The translations under genes were made by a program, and so were the position numbers. From positions 480,001 through 544,000 of the forward strand of contig OZ219787.1 of NCBI GenBank assembly GCA_964291285.2: 64,000 nt of DNA, given 5' to 3'. Every line of letters starts with the position of its first letter. Within the stretch, counting starts at the first letter, position 1. Of the stretch, positions 36,506 to 44,720 are shown piece by piece. Source of the DNA: Alphaproteobacteria bacterium. GTDB taxonomy: Bacteria > Pseudomonadota > Alphaproteobacteria > Bin95. Below the pieces are notes generated by a model that saw only the letters and a program-made list of their open reading frames with translations, was not told where the DNA came from and made no database searches.

Positions 36506-38526
36506 TTATCCTCTGCGTTTCTGCTTTCTTTCCCCCCGCATTCCCGCTTCCAGCGGCGTGTGCATCTTTTCGTATAGAGCGAAGAGGTGCTCCACGCGCT
36601 CGCGTTCGGAGGCGAAGGGGGCCTTGCGGTACAGGCGGTCCACGGCGCGGTCGAGGCGGGTGTGGGCGCGGCGGAGGTTAGGGGGCATGAGGTCGGGATC
36701 GTAGAGGTCTGCGAGGGTTGCGTCCGGGTGGGCGGCGCGGGCGTCGAGGACTGCTTGGGCCAGCGGCTCCAGCTTCGACAGGTCCGCCTTGCCGGAGGCG
36801 AAGCCGGGCGGGGTCGGGAAGGTGTTGTAAACAAGGCCGATAGTATATCGGTAATCGCTCTTCAAACGTCCACCTATATGACGGACCCAAGCCATGTGCA
36901 TGGCCGAGGTAAGCAAACCGAATTGCCCAAGCGAGGTGTTTTCTTGAACACGAACGAGATTGCTGGGAATCGTCGGCGGCTTCAACCAGCCTATCGGCAC
37001 ATATTCGCGGCGTTCCGAGCTGGCTTCGGGGACAACAAGAAACGGGGTTTCGGGAATCGTCGTGAACGCGAATTCTGTCGGGAACGAGGCAAGGTCGCGA
37101 GTAGCTGGACGTTCGCTCTTCAATCGATAAGCTCGAACAGCGGCAATATGTTCCCGAACGCGGGGCAGACGAGCCAGCCGATCCGGCTTCACGTCGCGTA
37201 ACGAAAGAATCCAGCGATCACCGCCTTGGAGATATTCTCTTGCGCCGACAAAAGGCCGAAGGAAAATTCCGGCTTCCGGCTCCACAGCCAGAAGACTTTC
37301 ACGCTCTGCGGCATCGAATATTAGATTTCCGCCATCAATTGGCTGAGAGCCATAACGCAGAGGCGTGAACCCGTTTATCGGCCGACTCTCCTTCCGCACC
37401 GTAAGCTGCGGGTCGCCGAGGCCGCCGGCGTCGAACAGGTAGGGCGACAGCGCCCCGTGCCCACTTTCCTCCGGTTCGCCGTTCAGGTCGGGATAGGCGA
37501 ACAGGCGCTTTTCGGCCGGCGCGTCCTCCCGCCGGTCGAGGCCGAGGATGACGACATGCACATGCGCCTTGCCGCGCGCGTCCGAGCCCCAGGCGAAGGT
37601 GCGGTGGGCGAAGGCGATTTCCAGCTTGCAGCGGTCGAACAGGAGCGGCCATAGCTGGGCCACCTGCTCGCCCTGCGTGATCGAATTGGTGGCGACGAAG
37701 CCGATCCGCGCCCGGCCCGCGCGGGCATAATCCCCCGCCTTGAGGAACCATGCGGCGACATAATCCAGTGTGCCGCCGGACTTGCCCAAAGCCGCGATAC
37801 GGCGCACCTGCGCGCGCTGCTCCGGCGTCTGGAACTTCGCGCCGCCGAAGGGCGGATTGCCGAGCACGAACGAGCATTCGCCGGGCGGCAGCAACGCAGC
37901 CCAGTCCGTTTCCAACGCGTCGCCGTGGACGATATGCGGCGACTTCTCAAGCGGGATGCGAACGAAGGTCTGGCCGAATTCGAGACTCAGCCGGTTGTTC
38001 ATGATGTGGTCCATCATCCACAACGCGGTCTCCGCTATCCGGGCCGGGAACTCGCCAAGCTCGATGCCGTGGAACCGGTCCACATTCACCAGCGAAAGCG
38101 TGTCCGCCAGAACGTCGAACTGGCCGGTGGAATAGACCTCCTTCAGCACCTCGGTTTCGAGCTCGCGCAACTCCCGGTAGGCGATAATCAGGAAGTTGCC
38201 GCAGCCGCAGGCCGGGTCGAAAAAGCGCAGCTTTCCGAGCCGCTCCTGGAAGCGCAGCAGGCTCGGCCGACGCTGGCTGTCGCGCCGCGCCTTCAGGCGC
38301 TCGAACTCGGCCCGCAGCCCGTCCATGAACAACGGCTCGATCACCTTGAGGATGTTCTTCTCGGTGGTGTAATGCGCGCCCTGCACCCGGCGCTCCGCCG
38401 GGTCCATCACCGACTGGAAGAGCGCGCCGAAAATCGCCGGCGAGATGTTGGACCAGTCGAAGCGGCAGGCGTCCAGCAGGGCCTGGCGCATCGGCGCGTC
38501 GAAAGAGGGAATCCGGAGCGGCCCGT
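36506..38526 (-). pseudogene. MmeI-like type IIL restriction-modification enzyme, C-terminal fragment (methyltransferase plus target recognition domain)
   Basis: GAHYT, DPACGCGNFL (motif I), VLGNPPF (motif IV) and TLADLYDP. Truncated at its 5' end by the IS. Confidence 0.9.
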
Positions 38527-38907
38527 TGTAGGTGACGGTCGTAAAAGGCGCTTATTTGCTGGCGTTGCGCGTTTTTGCGGGGCGTGATGATCGCAGTGAT
38601 TGTGGTGCGGCGGTGTTTGTGACGGGGGCCTGGGACGGAAGGAGGGCGTAGCCCGACTGGAGTCGCCGGCCCCCGTCGCGTTGATATTTTCGCCTGCCGA
38701 GGGGAGGGTGTCCTGGCGCTGTCGGCGGGGGTCGCCGGGCTGCGCGAGGGGGTAGACTGGGGCTGCTGAGAACGATGCGGCGCCGGCCCCGTTTGCTAGG
38801 TGGCAACGACCGGCGCCGCACCCCCCGAGCCATGCAAGGCACGGCCCGTATGCGCAGTATCGTAGGCGTTCGGGCGTGGGTCCACCCCGTTCTCATCGGT
38901 CTTTGCG

Positions 38908-39342
38908 ATGAGGAACGCCGCCCGCCTGTTCACCTGCGCTTCGTGCCATCGCCAGGTTGTGCTGTGCCGGCGGTGCGACCACGGCAACATCTACTGCTCG
39001 CGTCCGTGCAGCGGCCGGGCGCGGCGGCGCTCGCTGCGCCTTGCCGGGCGTCGCTACCAGAACAGCCGGCGGGGCCGTCACAAGCATGCCGAACGCCAGC
39101 GGCGCTACCGCGAGCGCCGTCGCGTCCGTGCGCCTGAGGAGGGGCGCCGTGCGCAGAAAGTGACGCATCACCCTTTGACCCGTTCACCGCGCCGTCCTGT
39201 TGTGGCGGGCATGCCGGCGGGGCGCTCGGGAAGGAGGCCCTTCGGACCCGACCGTCCCGCCGGAGTGTTCCGCTGCGATCACTGCGGGCGGTTCTGCGCC
39301 CGGGCGGTCTATCCGGGCCTGCGCCCGGCGCGAAGGGAGTGA
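38908..39342 (+). CDS. Basic Cys-rich (Zn-finger-like) hypothetical protein upstream of istA
   Basis: CASC...CRRC...YCSRPC, Arg-rich helix and C-terminal CDHC; ends 1 bp before the istA ATG. Confidence 0.7.
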   Translation: MRNAARLFTCASCHRQVVLCRRCDHGNIYCSRPCSGRARRRSLRLAGRRYQNSRRGRHKHAERQRRYRERRRVRAPEEGRRAQKVTHHPLTRSPRRPVVAGMPAGRSGRRPFGPDRPAGVFRCDHCGRFCARAVYPGLRPARRE

Positions 39343-39343
39343 G

Positions 39344-40849
39344 ATGGCGATCGACCAGCAGACCCGGGCCGAGATCCTGCGGCTGTATTTTGCCGAGAAG
39401 TGGCGGATCGGCACGATCGCGCGCCAGCTCGGCGTCCACCACGGCACGGTCGAGCGCGCGGTGGCGGCCGCCGGGGCGCCCACGCCTGAGAAGCGGCGCA
39501 GATCTTCGATGATCGATCCGTTCCTGCCCTTCGTCCGCCAGACCCTGGCGGTCTGGCCGAAGTTGCCCTCCAGCCGGCTCTACCGGATGGCGGTCGAGCG
39601 CGGTTACCGGGGGTGCGAGAGCCACTTCCGGCGCATGATCGCGCCCGAGCGTCCGCGGCCGGTGGCCGAGGCCTATCTGCGCCTCAAGGCCCTGCCCGGC
39701 GAGCAGGCCCAGGTCGACTGGGCCCACTTCGGCAAGGTGAGGATCGGGCGTGCGGAGCGCCCGCTGATGGCCTTCGTGATGGTGCTCGGCCACTCGCGCC
39801 GCCTCTTCCTGCGCTTCTACCTCAACGCCGGGATGGACAACTTCCTGCGCGGCCATGTCGAGGCCTTCGAGGCTTGGCAGGGCGTGCCCCGCGAGCTCTG
39901 GTACGACAATCTGAAGAGCGTCGTGCTGGAGCGGCGCGGCGACGCCATCCGCTTCAATCCCCGGCTTCTCGACTTCGCAGGCGCCTACCGCTTCCTGCCG
40001 AAGCCGGTCGCGGTCGCCCGAGGCAACGAGAAGGGCCGCGTCGAGCGGGCCATACGCTATGTGCGCGACAGCTTCTTCGCCGCCCGCGCCTGGCGTGACC
40101 TCGACGATCTCAACGCCCAGGCCCGGGAGTGGTGCGAGGGCGTCGCCGCCGACCGCCCCTGGCCGGACGACCGCTCCCTCACCGTGAGCGAGGCCTTCGA
40201 GCGCGAGCGCGGCTCCCTGATGGCGCTGCCCGACGACCGTCCCCCCGTCGACGAGAGGGTCGAGGTCAGGATCGCCAAGACCCCCTATGCCAGGTTCGAC
40301 CTCAATGACTACAGCGTCCCGCATACCCATGTCCGGCGCACCCTCACCGTGGCCGCGACGCTGGAAGAGGTGCGCATCCTCGACGGCATGGAGGTCATCG
40401 CCCGCCATCCGCGCAGCTTCGACAAGGCGGCCCGCATCGAGAACCCCGAACACATTGAGGAGCTGGTCAGGCGCAAGCGTCACGCCCGCAGCCTGCGCGG
40501 GCAGAGCCGGCTGCTCCAGGCCGCGCCCAACAGCGAGCGCCTGATCGCCGAGGCCGCCCCCCGCGGCGCTTATATCGGCGCCACCGTCGCCGCCCTGCTG
40601 CGCCTGCTCGACCAATACGGCGCCGCCGAGCTCGAAGCCGCCATCGACGAGGCCCTCGAACGCGGCGTCCCCCATCCCAATGCCGTGCGCCTCAGCCTCA
40701 CACGGCGGCGCGAACTGCAGGACAGGCCGCCGCCGATCCCCATCGACCTGCCCAGGGACCCGCGCGTGCGCGACATCGCCGTGCGCGATCACGATCTCGG
40801 CGGATACGACGGGCTGGCCGGCTACCATGAAAAGGACAGCGAAGAATGA
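39344..40849 (+). CDS. istA: IS21 family DDE transposase
   Basis: N-terminal HTH, PGEQAQVDW, YDNLKS and EKGRVERAIRY. Confidence 0.95.
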   Translation: MAIDQQTRAEILRLYFAEKWRIGTIARQLGVHHGTVERAVAAAGAPTPEKRRRSSMIDPFLPFVRQTLAVWPKLPSSRLYRMAVERGYRGCESHFRRMIAPERPRPVAEAYLRLKALPGEQAQVDWAHFGKVRIGRAERPLMAFVMVLGHSRRLFLRFYLNAGMDNFLRGHVEAFEAWQGVPRELWYDNLKSVVLERRGDAIRFNPRLLDFAGAYRFLPKPVAVARGNEKGRVERAIRYVRDSFFAARAWRDLDDLNAQAREWCEGVAADRPWPDDRSLTVSEAFERERGSLMALPDDRPPVDERVEVRIAKTPYARFDLNDYSVPHTHVRRTLTVAATLEEVRILDGMEVIARHPRSFDKAARIENPEHIEELVRRKRHARSLRGQSRLLQAAPNSERLIAEAAPRGAYIGATVAALLRLLDQYGAAELEAAIDEALERGVPHPNAVRLSLTRRRELQDRPPPIPIDLPRDPRVRDIAVRDHDLGGYDGLAGYHEKDSEE

Positions 40850-41640
40850 CCGACACCCTCATGAACCGCGCCCGCGCGCTGGGCCTGCACGGCCTCCTCG
40901 CCCATTGGGGCGAAGTCGCGGAGCGCGACTGGCTCGCCTCCCTGATCGCGTGGGAAGAAGATGAGAAGCGCGCCCGAAGCCTCAAACGCCGCCTCGCCGA
41001 CGCCCGCCTCGGACAGTTCAAGCCGCTCGCAGACTTCGACTGGGACTGGCCAAGGCGCTGCGACCGCATGGCCGTCGAGGACCTCATGACCCTCGACTTC
41101 CTCAAGGAGGCCGCAAACCTCGTACTGGTCGGACCCAACGGCGTCGGAAAGTCCACCATCGCCGCCAATATCGCCCACCGCGCCGTCCTCGAAGGCCACA
41201 TCGTGCGCTTCGCAACCGCCGCCAGCCTGCTCGGCGAACTCGCCGCCATCGACTCCGACACCCTGCTCCAGCGCAGGCTGCGCTTCTACGCCCGACAGCA
41301 CCTGCTGGTCATCGACGAAGTCGGATATCTCTCCTACTCCAACCGCCACGCCGACCTGCTGTTCAACATCGTCTCAAGCCGCAGCCAGCAGAACTCAACC
41401 ATAATCACCACGAACCGCCCCTTCGCCGAGTGGAGCGAGGCCTTCCCAAACGCCGCCTGCCTGGTCGCCCTCGTCGACCGGCTCGTCCACAACGCCGAGA
41501 TCGTCGCCATCGACGGCGACTCCTGGCGCCGCAAGGAAGCCGAGGAACGTCAGAAGCAGCGCAGCGCCGAACGCCGCCGCCGGCGCGGACCGAAAGCCGG
41601 GCAAAGCACTGGAAAGGCGAACCCGGTCCCGTCGCCATAG
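40846..41640 (+). CDS. istB: IS21 helper AAA+ ATPase
   Basis: Walker A GPNGVGKS, Walker B LLVIDEVGY, TTNRPF.EW and DRLVH; 4-bp overlap with istA. Confidence 0.95.
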   Translation: MTDTLMNRARALGLHGLLAHWGEVAERDWLASLIAWEEDEKRARSLKRRLADARLGQFKPLADFDWDWPRRCDRMAVEDLMTLDFLKEAANLVLVGPNGVGKSTIAANIAHRAVLEGHIVRFATAASLLGELAAIDSDTLLQRRLRFYARQHLLVIDEVGYLSYSNRHADLLFNIVSSRSQQNSTIITTNRPFAEWSEAFPNAACLVALVDRLVHNAEIVAIDGDSWRRKEAEERQKQRSAERRRRRGPKAGQSTGKANPVPSP

Positions 41641-41642
41641 CC

Positions 41643-42515
41643 ATGCATCCCTCCCGCCCCCGCGAGCGGCGGGTGCGGGCCGAGAGCCTGCGGGGCTATC
41701 CCCTCGAACCCGTCGCCCGAGCCCTCGGCTACCGCAGCGATCCCGACAATGCCGTGCGCTGGAGACGGCCAGGATCGGTCCTCTCCATCAACCGCTTCAT
41801 GTTCTACGACCATCTGCGCGCAGAGGAGGGAGCCGGGGCTATCGAACTGGCGGTCCATGCGCTCGGATGCACCCCGCCGGACGCCATCGACTTCCTCGCC
41901 GAACTGTCCGACCTCTCAATGCCCCCAGGCGGCCGCCGGCAGGCGCCGGCCAAGGACCCCCGCTGGCCCAACCTCCGGCGATACCTCGTCGAGCGGCGCG
42001 GCCTCGCGGACGCGCTCGTCACCCTGTGCCGCGACCTCGGCCTGGTCCATGCCGACCCTCACGGCAACCCCGTGTTCGTCCGCCGAAACGCCGCCGGCGA
42101 GGCTACCGGCATCGAAACCGTCACCGCTGACCGCAAAACGACCGCGGGCGGCGGCTTCTGGATGTCCTGGGAGACCGAATGGCCACACGCCGTCATCCTG
42201 GCCGGCAACGCCCTCGACGCACTCTCCATCCTCTCCCTCCACCTCGGCCCGGTAAAACGCACCGAATGCGCCACCGTCTCCACCGGCGCCGTCGCCACCA
42301 AAGTCCCCAAATGGATCGAGGCATGGAACCCGCGCCTCATCTTCTGTGCATACGACGCCACCACAAACGGCGATCACGCCGCAAGGCGCCTCGCCCGCAA
42401 CGACACCAGAATCGTCCGGCTGCGACCCGCACTCGACAACCGGGACTGGAACGACATGCTCATCCGCGACCGAGCCGGCGAACCAATCGAAACCGATGAC
42501 CAACAGATCAACTGA
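41643..42515 (+). CDS. DUF3991/Toprim (primase-like) protein with degenerate catalytic motifs
   Basis: GAGAIEL..H, YLVERRGL, NPVF, NALDALS, CAYDATTNG and KDWND-like RDWND; starts 2 bp after the istB stop. Confidence 0.75.
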   Translation: MHPSRPRERRVRAESLRGYPLEPVARALGYRSDPDNAVRWRRPGSVLSINRFMFYDHLRAEEGAGAIELAVHALGCTPPDAIDFLAELSDLSMPPGGRRQAPAKDPRWPNLRRYLVERRGLADALVTLCRDLGLVHADPHGNPVFVRRNAAGEATGIETVTADRKTTAGGGFWMSWETEWPHAVILAGNALDALSILSLHLGPVKRTECATVSTGAVATKVPKWIEAWNPRLIFCAYDATTNGDHAARRLARNDTRIVRLRPALDNRDWNDMLIRDRAGEPIETDDQQIN

Positions 42516-42575
42516 AAAACCGCAACCGGCCGAAAAATGTCAGCGAATAGGCGCGCTCTGTAACCGTCGCTAACA

Positions 42576-43355
42576 CCCGTCGAACAGCGCGCCGTTGACA
42601 TGGGGAAAGCGCGCAAGGTCCTCGTCCAGCGCGGCGGAGCGCCCGTCTTCCGGCGTGTCGAGCACCTGGAACAGTTGCGAAAGCCAGGGGCCGAGATCGG
42701 CGCCGTCCTCGCCCGTGCGCGCCTCGATGAAGTCGAAGAAAATGTCGCGCGGCTCGAAAATGCCAGTGTCGTCCGCGAACAGGCAGAAGACGATGCGCAC
42801 GAGGAACCGCTCCAGGTCGCGGCCCCGGTAGCCGGTTTCCGCCAGCTTGTCGTGCAGCCGCCCGACCAGTTCGGCCGCCTCGATATTGGCCGGGTCCTGG
42901 TCGCGGAATGTCCGGCGCTGCACCCCCAGGATGAAGCCGAACTTCTCGACATGCGCGGGCAGGTCGGCAAGCGGAAAGGCCGCAACCTCCCGCTCGTCCA
43001 GATCGTGCAGCTCGAAGGTCTGGAAATCGCTCACCAGGATGTAGCGCGGACGCTCGCGTTCCGGCAGCGCGTCGAAATACTCCCCCGCCTGTTCGTATGC
43101 CGCTTTCAGGTCCCGCCCGGCGCTCTTCTGCTCGACGATCAGTACGCCCGGCCAGAACAGGTCGATGAAGCCGGAGCGATTGTCGAGCTTGGAGACGTGT
43201 TGCTCGTAGCGCGCAACGGTCCGCCGCCGCACTCCGAACACCCGGAAGAATGCGTTGTAGAAGCTCTGCGTCTCGCCCTTCTCGTAGGCCGCGTCCTTCC
43301 AGTCTTCGGCGAAGGCGGCGGCGCGGATGCGGACCTCGTTCCACGAAAGGCGCAT
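42576..43355 (-). pseudogene. MmeI-like type IIL RM enzyme, N-terminal fragment (PD-(D/E)xK nuclease plus helical spacer)
   Basis: MRLSWNEVR, IDLFWPGVLIVEQKS, RIVFCLFADDTGIF and FPHVNGALF. The frame runs into the IS end. Confidence 0.9.
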
Positions 43356-43502
43356 CAGCCCGCGCTATCCGGTTCGTTCGGGTGCCGCCGGTTCGGCATC
43401 GGCCCCGCGCGGTCGTTCGCCATGTCGTTCACCATCGGCGCTCCTTGTCCATCAATGGTAGCCGATCGGGTTCGCGTCCACAGCCTGCCGTCCCGGTGCT
43501 GT

Positions 43503-44001
43503 CCGGAGCAATGCCATGTTCTGATTTTTTGAAATAATTCTATGATAGATGCTTGCATTTGGAAAAATTGTGATATGATGGGTGTGAGGTAAGCGAAGTC
43601 CGCGCGGACCGCTTCCCGCCCGTGCCGGTCCGGCGCGGAACGACCCTGATTCAGCCGACAGGCGAGGTGTGCCCTGCACCTGCCTCGCGCGCGCAATCAG
43701 GCGCGCGAACCGCGCCGGCGCAATGGCGCGCCCGCCCGCGCAGGCACGGGCGGGCGCAGGATACGCGCGGATCAGGGTCCCGCCGCCGGCAGACCGGGGT
43801 CGGGGAGGACGGAACGAAACAGGAGCGAAAGGAAGGACCCATGGCCAAAACGAAGAACTACCGGAAGCGGAGGAAATACCCGCACCCCATGCCCGAACAG
43901 GCCACAGGATATGCACGGCGCGCATGCAGAACATGACATCTCATGACATATCGCAGGGGGTTCCGCCGGCCCCGCATGACAAAACATGACATTCCATGAC
44001 A
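43503..44001 (+). repeat. Dispersed intergenic element, copy 2
   Basis: CCGGAGCA start, TTGCAT...TGaTATGAT promoter-like head, identical 33-bp core at 43691-43723, CATGACA x5. Confidence 0.75.
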
Positions 44002-44030
44002 GTCCCGTGGCCGTAGGTATAACGCCGCTA

Positions 44031-44678
44031 TTACCGCGCGAGCCGCGCCATGAACGCGAGCCCGGCCTGCATGCCGGCCGGGTCGATGCCGTGGCCGAGG
44101 CCGGGGCGCCCGTGGGTCTCAACCGCGAAACCGGCGCCCTCCAGCACCGCCGCCGCCTCGGCCATGGAGGCATAGGGGACCAGTTCGTCCATTTCGCCGT
44201 GGATGAGCGCCACCGGCGGCCGGCTCTGCGCTTCCCGCTCCAGCAGTTCCGGCGCCAGCAGCCGGCCGGAATAGCCGAGAATGCCCGCCAGCGGCTCCGC
44301 GCGGCGGGGCCCCGTGTGCAGGGCCAGCATGGTCCCCTGGCTGAAGCCGGCGAGGGTGAGCGCGGCCGGCGCGAGGCCGGTTTCCTCCAGCAGGTCGTCG
44401 ATGAAGCCATCGACCATCGCCGAGGCCGCGCGCAGGCCCGCCAGGCGCAATTCGTCGCCGCGCCCGTGGATGCCGAACCACTGGCGGCCGAAGGGCGCGC
44501 CCTCGCAGGGAAAGGGCGCATGCGGCGACACGAACAGCGCGTCGGGCATGGCCGGCGCCCAGGCGGGCGCGAGGCCGATCAGGTCGTCGCCGTCCGCCCC
44601 GTAGCCGTGCAGCAGCAGCACGATGCGGGCCGGGGCTGCGCCGCTGGCGGGCGGATGCCGGGGGCCGTCGAGTCGCAT
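44031..44678 (-). CDS. Phospholipase/carboxylesterase family protein
   Basis: LHGYGADG, GFSQG, HGEMD and GLGHGID. Confidence 0.92.
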   Translation of the reverse strand: MRLDGPRHPPASGAAPARIVLLLHGYGADGDDLIGLAPAWAPAMPDALFVSPHAPFPCEGAPFGRQWFGIHGRGDELRLAGLRAASAMVDGFIDDLLEETGLAPAALTLAGFSQGTMLALHTGPRRAEPLAGILGYSGRLLAPELLEREAQSRPPVALIHGEMDELVPYASMAEAAAVLEGAGFAVETHGRPGLGHGIDPAGMQAGLAFMARLAR

Positions 44679-44720
44679 GGCGTTGACGGCTAGCCCAAAG
44701 CCGGGGTCTTGTCACCCTCC

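Larger units (their letters stand above)
38527..42575 (+). mobile_element. IS21-family element, 4,049 bp, with two passenger genes
   Basis: Imperfect terminal IRs TGTAGGTGACGGTCGTAAAAGGCGCTTATTTGCTG and (reverse complement) TGTTAGCGACGGTTACAGAGCGCGCCTATTCGCTG. Flanking CCCGT duplication at 38522-38526 and 42576-42580. istA-istB core. Confidence 0.93.

Noticed and set aside
38527-42575. Self-splicing IStron that would restore the RM mRNA
   Set aside because: No recognisable group I intron core, and the element is IS21-type with a target duplication.
43932-44001. CRISPR array or mini-array from the CATGACA repeats, or from the 33-bp repeat at 1585-1692
   Set aside because: Repeats are too short or are contiguous without unique spacers; no cas genes in the window.
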